Below are positions 1 to 11,334 of a stretch of DNA of 64,000 nucleotides, piece by piece. Both the position numbers and the translations under genes were made by a program. Positions within the stretch are counted from its first letter, which is position 1, and every line of letters starts with the position of its first letter. This DNA comes from Eledone cirrhosa (lineage: Eukaryota), in the NCBI GenBank assembly GCA_964016885.1, contig OZ024741.1, positions 323,516,001 to 323,580,000 on the forward strand, in the 5' to 3' direction. The notes below the pieces were generated by a model, which saw only the letters and a list, made by a program, of their open reading frames with translations, was not told where the DNA came from and made no database searches.

Positions 1-39
1 TGGGGATAGTTGTCTATACTTTGGTTAAGCAAGGATAAT

Positions 40-232
40 GGTTTCTTATATAGGCACAAGACCAACAATTTTGGGGGAGGGGGAAAGTCGATTAAATCGA
101 CCCCAGGGCGTGACTGGTACTTTATTTTATCGACCCCGTAAAGATGAAAGGCAAAGTTAACATCGGCGGGATTTGAACTCAGATCACAAAGGGCCGTCCA
201 ACCCTCTACCGATACTGTCAATCCACCGCCCT
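40..232 (-). mobile_element. tRNA-type SINE, family A (long variant)
   Basis: Reverse complement of the family seen in sense at 12779-13000 and 13408-13794. Carries Pol III A/B-box-like motifs (TGACAGTATCGG ... GAGTTCAAATCC on the minus strand) and the core GGTACTTTATTTTATCGACCCCGTAAAGATGAAAGGCAAAG. Flanked by TAAGCAAGGATAAT. Confidence 0.85.
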
Positions 233-248
233 AATAAGCAAGGATAAT

Positions 249-403
249 TGTTTCTACTTTAGGCACAAGGCTAGCAATTACCCAGTACATTACTGGTACT
301 TTATTTTATCGACCCCGTAAGGATGAAAGGCAAAGTCAACCTCGTCGGGATTTGAACTCAGACCATAAAGGGGCGTAACTATGCTAGAAAGCATGACGTC
401 CAA
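249..403 (-). mobile_element. tRNA-type SINE, family A (short variant, head truncated)
   Basis: Same core as 40-232 but lacks the GGGGAGGGGGAAAGTCGATTAAATCG segment. Flanked by TAAGCAAGGATAAT at 235-248 and 404-417. Confidence 0.85.
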
Positions 404-546
404 TAAGCAAGGATAATGACAGCTATAAAGACCATCAGGAACAGCAACTGTTCGTCATATATTGAATTGAAAATTAATTTAGCTATAAAACCAAAGTGCA
501 TTTAATTATTTATTGAACGAAAAATATAGTAACCATAATAATTAAT

Positions 547-547
<1 letters not shown>

Positions 548-589
<42 letters not shown>

Positions 590-658
590 CGTCATAGTGA
601 TGATGATGATGATGATGATGATGACGACCACGATGATAATTGTGATAAGAATAATAAT
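548..658. repeat. compound trinucleotide microsatellite (AGT)n(GGT)n(GAT)n(AAT)n
   Basis: Directly visible. Confidence 0.95.
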
Positions 659-870
659 GGTTTCTTATTTAGGCACAAGGCCAACAATTTTTTTGGAAGG
701 GGAAAGTCGATTAAATCGACCTCAGTGCGTTACTGGTACTTTATTTTATCGACCCCGTAAGGATGAAAGGCAAAGCTAACTTCGGTGGGGTTGGAACTCA
801 GAATGTAAAGAGACGTAACTATCTAGGTGAAAGCATGTCCAACACTCTACCGATTCTGTCAACTCCTCAG
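656..870 (-). mobile_element. tRNA-type SINE, family A (long variant)
   Basis: Matches 40-232 along its length; the tail runs into (AAT)n. Confidence 0.85.
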
Positions 871-970
871 CATACTAATAATGATAAAGCAGATAGGGCT
901 TCAGGAGACGGCTTGGTATCTAGCAACCTAAACTCCGACAGAAGAACAACGAAATGCCAAGGAAATAAAA

Positions 971-1030
<60 letters not shown>

Positions 1031-1065
1031 GCCACTGCCACTGCTGCTGCTGCTGATGATGATGA
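971..1065. repeat. (CTA)n / (CTG)n / (GAT)n microsatellite
   Basis: Directly visible. Confidence 0.95.
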
Positions 1066-1439
1066 TATAACCAATGCGTATATAGGCGTGCTCAGTAATG
1101 CATTGACTGCACACCAATGAAAATGAAACTAATGATGATGATGATGAGGATGATGATATTAATAACAACAACAGTAACAATATATAATAATAATTATCTC
1201 TTAAAAGCCGATTAATGAACAATATCAACCATGATGACGATGAAGTGTGTTTTAAGAGAGGTTCAATAAATATTTGTGCTGATGGCATTACAAAAAATGG
1301 CAAATAATATTTCAAAAAAATTATCAAACTATGAAAATAATACAGTAAAATTATAATTTGATTTCATGTTATAATATAGCTTTTATATAGCTATATTTAC
1401 AAGAACAGGGAACGTGTAAATTTTCTAAAGAGTTTTATA

Positions 1440-1775
1440 ATGTATTCAATAAATTCTGGATCGTCTACTGCTTGTCGAGTCGCAACGAGGACCTTAGATA
1501 GACAATATTTTACTGACGATATGTGCAGTGCTCAACAGGACAGTCTTTTTTAAGAGAGCAATTTGTGATTCGAAGACTATTTGCTCAAGATACCCTCTCA
1601 GTTTTAGTGGTATGAAGCCCTAATCAACGATGAAAACTGAAATTACTTAAGTGTTGTTTTGTTGCATTGACAGTATCCGTATATTTCGTACATGTATTCA
1701 GTATATACTGTTATTTTTTCAATTTCTTTCAAGGCTATGTTATTGTCTCCTACAATAGTAATGTCTGGCATTGAA
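1440..1775 (-). mobile_element. decayed 3' end of an R4/Dong-like LINE (restriction-like endonuclease C-terminus plus 3' UTR)
   Basis: Minus-strand translation gives PDITIV, DNNIALKEIEKITVYTE and FIPLKLRGYLEQIVFESQIALLKKTVLLSTAHIVSKILSI* (stop at 1496-1494). This fits the PD...D..N...KE.EK..KY and QK.VLL.TA.I.RK.L pattern of R4/Dong RLE domains. Confidence 0.7.
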
Positions 1776-1860
1776 CCATACTTACAATATCAAATTACAA
1801 TATCAAATCTGTTGTTTTCAAGTCTGCGGTCTCTGTGGATAGTGAAGTTCCAAAGTATCT

Positions 1861-2047
1861 TGGATTGACAGTATCGATAGAGTGTCGGACACCCTGCTTC
1901 ACGGCATAGAGTTACGGTACTTTATGATCTTAGTTCAAATCCCACCGAAGTTAACTTTGCCCTTGATCCTTACGGGGTCGATAAAATAAAGTACCAGTAA
2001 TACACTGGGATAATTGCTGGCCTTGTGCCAAAAGTAGAAATAATAAT
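1861..2047 (+). mobile_element. tRNA-type SINE, family A (short variant)
   Basis: TGGATTGACAGTATCGATAG head, AGTTCAAATCCC B-box, family core and GGCCTTGTGCCAAAAGTAGAAA tail. Confidence 0.85.
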
Positions 2048-2049
2048 GA

Positions 2050-2520
2050 TTATTATTATTTGAAACTTCTTTTGAATTCTGCTTCTTTACCATATCATGC
2101 TGATTGTTAACCAGATACGTGAAGCAAAATTTGATAATACACACATTTTACAATCAATTGTCATACAAATGATGCCATAAGGGCATAAACAACAGTAAAT
2201 ATATTTGCAAGTTATTTGAATTGATAATGCTCTTCTCAGGACATGGGCAGTGTCAGTCAGCACTAATTTCTGTTTAGTTCCCTTTTTGATCATTCCAAGT
2301 TCACCGACTATCACTGGTATTGTACAGGCCCATTTTTTTTCAGTTTAAATTTATATTTACTGAGATTTCGGAACTTTTTCGAGGAGACGTTACGATATGA
2401 TGGAATGCTCAAGTGAATTAAGAAATTGTTTTCTTTTTATTCTCCTTCACAATTATATCAGGTCTGTCACAGTATCACATCCTGTTATGCATCTGGGTGA
2501 GGGTTCTATCAATTCCCTTT
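2050..2520 (-). mobile_element. decayed 3' end of a second R4/Dong-like LINE (RLE domain) with (AAT)n tail
   Basis: Minus strand, with frameshifts: DRPDIIVKENKKKT, LSIPSYRNVSSKKFRNLSKYK, TIPVIVGELGMIKKG, QKLVLTDTAHVLRRALSI. Ends in AATAATAAT at about 2050-2060. Confidence 0.75.
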
Positions 2521-2867
2521 ATGTATATGTATATATATATATACATATATATATTTCTACATCACGGAAATTGTAAAAACACTCAAAATAGCTATACATA
2601 TCCAAAATATTAGTATTGGTTCTGGAATCTGGTCACTTGTTTTAGTAACGAACATATCTAAGAGTATGTCGAAGCTCCATCAGGAGAAAACCAGAATATA
2701 ACAGTCGAATAGAATTATAATTCTACCTTTTATAATCAGTGAATGAAAACGTTGCAAATACGACAAAAAATCTAACTATAACTTAGGGAAATAAATATGA
2801 TAGTAATTCTGATAGAATTTAAATATCTAAGGATATACAATGTGTTGCACCTTTGAAGATAGTTATT

Positions 2868-3125
2868 TGACCAACAGAACAGCCTGCTCATGAAATTAAC
2901 GTGCAACTGGTTGAGCAGTTTATTAACATATGTAGACTTAACACAATCCTCAGATAAATCCAGGGCAACACAACGTGTTACGAGGCTGATCCTTTGAACT
3001 ACTGGTACAAATCATTTTTTCCTAGTTTCAGCCACCATGAAGTAAAGTGTTTTGCTCAAGGACACAATGAACAGCTGAATGGAATTCATGATCGTGAGCC
3101 GAACACCATCACAACTGAACCATGT
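2868..3125 (-). mobile_element. degenerate SINE, family B
   Basis: AACAGCCTGCTCATGAAATTAACGTGC...CCTTTGAACTACTGGTAC recurs in degenerate form at 7437-7545. AAGTGTTTTGCTCAAGGACAC recurs at 3277-3295 and 15128-15143. Confidence 0.6.
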
Positions 3126-3274
3126 GCATATACACTCTCTCTTTCTGTCTCCCCCTCTCATTTAGATATGTAAGTATTAAATGTATAACATTCCGACCGT
3201 TTTAATCTAAGGTATAATATTACAACTTGCTCAATAACTAGTAATCAGTAAAACAAAGTATTCAGAGTTGCGAC

Positions 3275-3367
3275 AAGTGTCTTGCTTGAAGACTCAGCGC
3301 GCCGGTGGGAATTGAGTTCACGATATTAGGACGGAAAGCCAATCAACTTAACGACAAAGCCACTCGC
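3275..3367 (-). mobile_element. SINE head fragment (tRNA-like)
   Basis: AAGTGTCTTGCTTGAAGAC...GGGAATTGAGTTCACGA, a reverse B-box-like head related to 3045-3125. Confidence 0.5.
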
Positions 3368-3792
3368 ATATTGGAAACCACTGACTACGAAGTTATTACT
3401 GAGAAAATGTGATATAATATATATATATATAAAGAGTGTCCCATCAAATTACAAGAATATCTTCAGTTTGACGTTATGTAAAGCCATTGTAGAACCTTGC
3501 AATTCAGCTAGCAGATCTCCCGTTTACTCATCAATATTTCGCAGTCTATTCAAGATAGTTATAAAGAAATGATCCTACAATAAATAAGAAACTATCTCAA
3601 TTACGTCTCTGTCTTATACAGGGATGAGTGTTTCGACTGGACAGGGACAAAGCTAGTAACATATTGGAAAATGTGTTAAATAACTAAGTTAAATTCATAC
3701 TTAATGTCCAATATATTTGTATGTGAACGTTCGCTTATATTCTCGTATGTTTACTGAAGCTTTCTCATACTTTTTAAAACTCACATATAGTC

Positions 3793-3799
<7 letters not shown>

Positions 3800-3837
<38 letters not shown>

Positions 3838-3908
3838 TTATATATATATAGGTGTTTATATATATATATATATTTATATATGTGTGTATGTGTGTGTATG
3901 TATATATG

Positions 3909-3940
<32 letters not shown>

Positions 3941-3942
3941 TG
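3800..3942. repeat. (TA)n/(TG)n microsatellite
   Basis: Directly visible. Confidence 0.95.
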
Positions 3943-4611
3943 TAAAAAGTTGGACATTTCACAGCCGTTTTATGGTGCACATCAAATGGAACTTTAACAA
4001 ATACATCGAGTTCCTTTTGTATATATACAAAGTCAAGAAGAATGGCCAAGAAGGGGAAAATTAAATAATGATGAAAAAATAAAGCAGCAAGAAATGAAAA
4101 AAAAAAAAAATGGAAAAGCAACAAATATTGTAGAGGAGAAAAAAACAAATCAATAGATCGATAAAACAACAGCAACAATAAACCAAACCAAATAAAAAAT
4201 AAAAACAACAGAATTCTGCATATATTCAGACATTGAATAGTTTATTAGGTAAGCGGAAATAATAAAAGTGGAATACAGCTACAGAGTCTGAGCAGCAGCC
4301 GCCGCCGCCGTAGCAGCACCAGCAGCAAAGAAGAAGAAGAAGAAGAAGGTTATAAGATAGATAAAATAAATATCTCGTTTGTTGTTGTTATTGTTGTTGC
4401 ACTAAAGTTCGAATAGTTCTGTCAGTTCTTACATGTTTGCTTCCTTTCTTTTTCTCCTTTTATACATCATATGATACGGTCTCCAACCCACAGGTATACT
4501 CCCACACACATCCACACACATACATACACGCATACAGACATATACTCACAACTTGACACACAGATTCATACGTACCTTCAGACCTTCAGACACACAAATT
4601 CAGTTATATAC

Positions 4612-4860
<249 letters not shown>

Positions 4861-5374
4861 GCATACGTACACGCGCATGCGTAAAAAGATTTGTAAAAAC
4901 AACAAATAAAAATAAAATAGAAACAATAAAATTTCACAGAATCATGTTTTTTTTATCAGTTCGACATATGTTGTTTGTGGTTTTTATTATTGTTGTTCTT
5001 TTTTCTTCCTGTGACTCTTTTTATGTACTTGTGTTTGTGTATGTTTGTGTCTGCTTATCTGTACGTTCGACTATGTATGTGTATGTTTTTTTGATGTTAT
5101 ATTTTAAGGTGTTTTTGATGTTGTTTCTTTTTTTCAAAGAAGACTTTCTTTTTCCTCGCTTGCTTCCTCATCCGATGTAATGAATTCGCTGTCATTTTCT
5201 CCACTCCATTCTACAAAGAAAGAACAAAATATAAGAATAAATAAAAATATGAGAGGGAACCAAGAGAAGATCTTTTTTTATTTTTTCATCTAAAATTAGT
5301 TTACAATTTGTGAGAATTTCTAAAGGCTCTAATTCTCGTAAAGGAATGACTTATATATGTATATAATATATATG

Positions 5375-5464
<90 letters not shown>

Positions 5465-5465
<1 letters not shown>

Positions 5466-5590
5466 GTTATTCCGGGTTGAATCGGAGGTAACCACAGTAA
5501 GTAAGGTACTCAATACATAGCAGAGTATAAAGGTTTTAATATAGAAGAGATTCTACAGGACTAGAACTGTTTCATTCATTAGAAATCATC
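5465..5590 (-). mobile_element. TA-embedded fragment with 5'-clipped hammerhead remnant (probable PLE pseudo-LTR end)
   Basis: Flanked by (TA)n on both sides. The minus strand begins GATGA-TTTCTAATGAAT-GAAAC-AGTTCTA-GTC (5590-5559). Confidence 0.4.
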
Positions 5591-5673
<83 letters not shown>

Positions 5674-6036
5674 ATATATATATAAACAGACACACACACA
5701 TATATATATATACATATATATACATATATCCATATACATACACACACATATATATACATACATAGATACAAATATATACATCCATCCATCCATCCATACA
5801 TTCATAGATAGATACTCACGCAAAAACTTATATACGTAACAGGAAATTTATTTAAATATAATAAAGAACAATTGAAATAGGTGTAGATATTAGGAAATGT
5901 TAGAAAACTAAACAGGCAAATAAGTACAGGAGCCTTAGAAATCTGATTTAGAGAGTAATATATATATAGTTCAAGGAGATAACACACAGAGGTACAAAAA
6001 GCCTTATTAGTTTCACGCTTTATATATATATATGTG

Positions 6037-6093
<57 letters not shown>

Positions 6094-6097
<4 letters not shown>

Positions 6098-6212
6098 GTT
6101 TCTACTTTTGGCAATTACCTAGTACATTACTCTAGCAATTACCCAGTACATTACTGCTACTTTATTTCATCGATCCCGTAAGGATGAAAGGCAAAGTTAA
6201 CCTCGGCGGGAA
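6094..6212 (-). mobile_element. SINE family A, 3' half
   Basis: Family core, with a local duplication of GCAATTACC(T/C)AGTACATTACT. Confidence 0.8.
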
Positions 6213-6591
6213 TATAATGGCTGCAAACTCTACTAAGAGTATTGCAATCGCTTATCAGATTAGAGAAAATGGTGCAATTTTAGGCTACGGCCAGTCACAC
6301 GATCCAGTAACATAACCTGAACAAGCAATGCTTGTGCTTTGAAGGTTTTTTAAGCGGGGAAAGGCCTTGAACTCGACGAATCCCACTTTTGGAGCATCGA
6401 AAACATGTATATATATATATATATATACGCTAGCAACCGAAGTGTATGGTAGAGTTAGATCTGTATATATACAGTGTGTGTAACCGAGACTGCACCAACA
6501 TGTATAAATATATACACATATCTAATATGTAGGAATGTAAACCACCCAGAATATACAAATTTTCCTGTAAATTGAAAAAAAAAAAAAATGA

Positions 6592-6646
6592 TAAACACCT
6601 TTAATTAACTTTCAGATCTAATTGGACCCTTATCAGAAAGTGTTTA
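6592..6646 (-). ncRNA. minimal type I hammerhead ribozyme motif with G8A core change
   Basis: Minus strand: stem I TAAACACTTT / CTGATAA / stem II GGGTC-CAATTA-GATCT / GAA / quasi-palindromic stem III AGTTAATT / A / AAGGTGTTTA (10-bp stem I, one GU pair). Confidence 0.6.
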
Positions 6647-6739
6647 AGTTACCCAATCAACCACAAGGAAACATACTAAGACCCAATAGGTATATATATA
6701 TATATACATATATCCCTCAAATACATGTTTCCTTGGTCA

Positions 6740-6843
6740 ACTCGAGACTATAATAGAAGACACTTGCTCAAAAGTACCACGCGTCGGAACTGAACGCAGA
6801 ACCATTTGTTTGTGAAGAGAATCCCTTAACTACATAGCCATGC
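6740..6843 (-). mobile_element. degenerate SINE head, family C
   Basis: GACTATAATAGAAGACACTTGCTC...CTTAACTACATAGCCATG. Related sense-orientation copies at about 9187-9320 and 11117-11280. Confidence 0.5.
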
Positions 6844-6844
6844 T

Positions 6845-7143
6845 TACGTACATACGGATGGCCTCAAATAATACTTGTAGATGATAAACAACTACAAACA
6901 TTGTTAGAGATAACAGTCTGATCTACTAGGAAAAATTCGTTTTGAAATTTGTGTTAGAAAAACATGCACCAAGCAACCTTGAAGAAACGAATAGTAATTA
7001 AATCTAAAATCACGAACGTCATCTTACAGGAGAAGAGGTAAGACCATTATACCAAATATAGACTTACAAATACTTAGAAATTAATGAACCAAACTCGATT
7101 ACAACATAGACAAATGCAAGAAAAGATTAGGAAGGAATACTAT
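6845..7143 (+). mobile_element. decayed R4/Dong-like LINE fragment (RT catalytic motif to thumb)
   Basis: Frameshifted translation: (Y.)DGLK...DDKQLQTLL...FVLEK(C)..ATLKK...TYKYLEINE...LQHRQMQEKIRKEYY. Matches YMDDLK...FGLEKCA...YKYLG...MKEKIRKEYY of R4/Dong RTs. Confidence 0.7.
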
Positions 7144-7145
7144 AA

Positions 7146-7310
7146 TAATTGTTTCTACTTTTGGCACAAGGCCAGCAATTATCCCAGTGTATTACTGGTA
7201 CTTTATTTTATCGACCCCGTAAGGATGAATGCCAAAGTTAACCTCTTGAACTCAGAATGGCAAGGGCCGTAACTCTATGCTTGGCGTCCGACCCTCTATC
7301 GATACTGCCA
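7146..7310 (-). mobile_element. SINE family A (short variant)
   Basis: Family core and head; abuts the end of the LINE fragment. Confidence 0.85.
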
Positions 7311-7436
7311 AAATATAAAGTAATTGGAGTAATACAAGGTACTCTACTTGTCTTGTAAAAAATTATAATTATAATATTCTAAACTGAGGCATGGAATGGG
7401 CCTCCGTCGCTTTCGACTACGAGTGTTTTAGTTAAT

Positions 7437-7720
7437 CGATCAACGGAACAACCAGATCATGAAATTAACCAGATTAACGTAATCCTCAGGAAGATTCGGT
7501 ATGACACAATCTGTGACAAGGCAGGACTTTTGAATTACAGGTACCAACAATCTGGTGGGCTTCCAAACAGTTTCCGTCAACCTTATTTCACTTGTAAGGC
7601 TTGGGTCAGTCTTAGGTTATATTAAGTGATACACGCAGAAGATATCACGCAGTGGAATCGTACCCAGGATTTAATGAGTGCATATAGAACTTTTTAACAA
7701 TTGGGCTATGCTGTGCCCAC
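7437..7720 (-). mobile_element. degenerate SINE(s), families B/C
   Basis: 7437-7545 resembles 2868-3008, and 7560-7715 resembles 6740-6843. Confidence 0.5.
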
Positions 7721-7903
7721 ATCTTCAACTGATCGTTAAACGAATTAACAATATTAAACAGGAAGACACGAAAAACAATGACTACATTTATAATATACTA
7801 ACCAAATTCACACACATATATTGTATTTACCAGGTATTCAAACAGATAGAGACATTCCCCAAGTAGATAATTATTATATAATATCTATTACAGAACTGTA
7901 AAA

Positions 7904-8035
7904 TAATCGTTTCTAATTTATGCATAAGGCCAGCAATTTTAGGGGAGGGTTAAGTCGATTAAATCTCCCCCAGCATTTAATTGGTACTTAATTTTATCGG
8001 GTCATGAAAGATGAAAAGTAAAGTTTACCTCGGCA
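7904..8035 (-). mobile_element. SINE family A-related, 3' half
   Basis: AAGGCCAGCAATTTTAGGGGAGGG...GGTACTTAATTTTATCG...AAGATGAAAAGTAAAGTTTACCTCGGC. Confidence 0.75.
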
Positions 8036-8445
8036 CGTCAGTTGCGCTCTCTTTCATAAAAGCCTCTTCTAGCTTTCTAACTTGCTCTCCCTCTAGTCTA
8101 GTTTTCTCTATCGCTACTCCTTTACAAAACCTTATTGATTCTACTCTAATTGCCCTTTTCAGAGCAAATCTCCATTTGTTGTTGGCGATTGCCCCTGTCA
8201 AGACCCGTTTAATTCACTAATCCGGTCTCTGAGTAAGTAGTGCTATTTTTTGGGGTGGGTGGGGGTGGGGTGGGGTTTGAGTGGAGGTGGCGTGGAGTGT
8301 GTGTAGGGGTGGAGTGGAGTGTGTGTGTGGGATGGTGCTGGTGGTGGTGGAGGTAACGTAGTCTTTTTCTGTTATGTTGGTGTGCTGTATGTGCTGAATT
8401 TTCTGTTATTTGTGTTTATATATATGTATACATACATACATACAT

Positions 8446-9075
8446 GATGGCTGCCCCCTCGTTATCGAGAATGGCCATTGCACGATATACCATTATTAAT
8501 AATTATTAATTAATTCTATCGTCAAATGCCTGTGCGTGAAGATATTTTTTAAAGTGAGGAAAGACTGAGACTGTGCACTGAGCCAATCCCACTCTCTGAG
8601 CGACAGTAGCTATAACTCGAAAATAAGAAAAGATCAACATCATCGGTAACTTATGAGCCACAGGTTTTATATCGGAGTTATCCCAGTTTTCTGAGTTGCC
8701 TTCTCCTAGAAGAATGCTCTGACAAAGGCTAGGGGTCCTTCACTCCTAGTGGTTTAACCGCGCGATCGGGTGTCTAGCCCGACTATTTCGATGTCCCCGC
8801 GCATATACACACACAAGCACCCATGTATATACACATACATATACATACATATGTACATGTGTATATACATATGTACACACTTTTAGATGGCTGTTGACTC
8901 TTATGAGTTCTTCCGCCCTTTGTCAGGTTTTGTTTTTTGTTCTGCGGGTGTCCAAAATCCCCCTCCTCACCAAGTAAACTTGGTTCGGTTGCCGGCTTAG
9001 TCACCGACGACCCGACCATGCGACAGGTTGTACTGGATTACATGTTACAAGTAGCACTCAAGAGTGACCCGACAT
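8446..9075. repeat. probable old retroposon fragments (RTE-related SINE/LINE UTR-like)
   Basis: Higher-GC blocks (GTTGCCTTCTCCTAG...AAGGCTAG; GGGTGTCCAAAATCCCCCTCCTCACCAAG...GTAGCACTCAAGAGTGACC) resemble mollusc retroposon UTRs from memory only. No ORF support. Confidence 0.3.
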
Positions 9076-9186
9076 AATACATACAGATGTTGGACTGAAC
9101 CTGAAGACTTCAAATCGAACTTCAGACAGCATCTTAAAATAAATAATAAATAAATAAATAAACAAATAGGTAAATAAAGGTACACG

Positions 9187-9434
<248 letters not shown>

Positions 9435-9460
9435 AGAATGTAGAGAGGTGACACACGAAT

Positions 9461-9511
<51 letters not shown>

Positions 9512-9520
9512 TTAAAAAAG

Positions 9521-9656
9521 AAAAAAAACAGTAGAAAATGCTAAAGGGTTTTTTCTCTCAGATTAACACCAAAACATTTATTTATAATTTATTTAAATAA
9601 ATGTTTTGATGTTATTCTGAGAGAAAATCCCTTTAGCATTTTCTACTGTTTTTTTT
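9521..9656. repeat. ~63-bp-arm imperfect palindrome between (TA)n tracts
   Basis: AAAAAAAACAGTAGAAAATGCTAAAGGG...AAAACATTTATTT versus AAATAAATGTTTT...CCCTTTAGCATTTTCTACTGTTTTTTTT. Confidence 0.85.
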
Positions 9657-9661
9657 AAAAT

Positions 9662-9710
<49 letters not shown>

Positions 9711-10241
9711 AAGTATGTATACGTACATACATATATGTATACAGACGTACAGTAGTATGTATATACATACATGCACACATATATATATGTACGTATGGGT
9801 GTACGTATACATACTTACATTTAAGTATCAGCCGTACTAAGAGTGAGAAATGAAATTTCATTTTTTCCATTTATCGTTTTCGGTACTCCCGGCCGACTAA
9901 CTCTGAATGTGGGCGTGGGCGTGGTGATAAGTTGGTGGTGTCGGTCGCAGGTTGAAGTGGGTGGTGGTGTGGGGGTGGGGGTTGTCGGTAGAGAGTTTGG
10001 CATGTAGATGGGGCTGATTTTTGTGAAAATCAGCCACATCTCCATATGTGTATGTATATATATATATATATATTACGACGAGGGTGTGGTAAGATACCAG
10101 GTGGACCATAATGCACCAGAGTACTCAATATTTAGGGTAGTAGAGTGGGTAATAGGAAAAGAGTCAGCAGTGCTGGCTTAGTTCGGATCTAGCTGTCGAA
10201 ACGGCCGGAACTCAGCCGTCGGGGTCCTGACTCTTTTCCTT

Positions 10242-10275
<34 letters not shown>

Positions 10276-10329
10276 ATTGTGTATGTGTGTGTGTGTATGT
10301 GTGTGTGTGTATGTGGGTGTGTAGTTATG

Positions 10330-10545
10330 TCCTTTAACTTAACGGTTCGACAAAATATAATTCGATGAATTATATACAAGATCTGAAAAGAAAGGTATTG
10401 GGGTTCGATATGATCGACTACTCTAAGCAGATCCCTAGTAGGGGCGCCGCAGTCACTTGACTGAAACCTGTAAAGACGTATGGTGCCTCAGCATGGCCGC
10501 AGTCTCATGACAGAAGCCAGTAAAATGATAGAATGATAAAAGAGT
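10330..10545 (+). mobile_element. degenerate SINE 3' end with duplicated tail
   Basis: GGGGTTCGAT...GCCGCAGTCACTTGACTGAAAC followed by GGTGCCTCAGCATGGCCGCAGTCTCATGACAGAAG...AAAATGATAGAATGATAAAAGA. Confidence 0.5.
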
Positions 10546-10606
10546 AACTAAAAAGAAAATGGCGGTATGCCAAGTGTTACAGCTTCCGTCCAGCAACTTG
10601 GAGATT

Positions 10607-10739
10607 GCCATTACTGTGTCGTAAAAACAGACTTACAAATGATCCGACACGATTCCCCTCACTGGCAGCCATTACTGTGTAGTAAAAACAGACATACAAA
10701 CGATCCGACACGGAGCTCTTCACTGGTAGCCATTACTGT
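10607..10739. repeat. 61-bp tandem repeat, ~2.2 copies
   Basis: GCCATTACTGT starts at 10607, 10668 and 10729, with similar sequence between. Confidence 0.85.
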
Positions 10740-10933
10740 TCTTTGGTAATTTTATGGACTATTTCATGGCGTAGCTGATGTTGTTCGCGCGGAACGGTTT
10801 ATTACCCACTTTCTTATCGGATATTACTACATTACTTACACCTTCCAAACATACACATTTTACTATCGTGTAGCCTACATTGATGCATCTATTTAAACCT
10901 GCCAGCTAACAACAATAAAGTACGCTATATATG

Positions 10934-11010
<77 letters not shown>

Positions 11011-11044
11011 AATATATATATATATGTGTGTGTGTGTATAAGTT

Positions 11045-11107
<63 letters not shown>

Positions 11108-11334
11108 ATGTGTGCGCGTGTGGGAGTAGTTAAAGATTCTGCTCTACAACCACATACTTTTAGGTCCTGTCTCGCTGCGCTGTAGATTGTGTTGGCAGCG
11201 TCTATTAGAACCTTTTGTTCTCCAATGCCTTATAAATAGAATTTAGTAGACAAAAACCGCAGAAACCTTTAGTGTGTATACACGCGCACACACACATACA
11301 TACACACACACATATATATATATATATACATATA

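Noticed and set aside
2625-2695. Minus-strand CTGATGG...AAAAC hammerhead-like string
   Set aside because: Both core boxes are mutated and the stems are unconvincing.
9095-9135. CTGAAGA...GAAC motif
   Set aside because: No stem II or GAAA; CTGAAG simply pairs with CTTCAG in a small hairpin.
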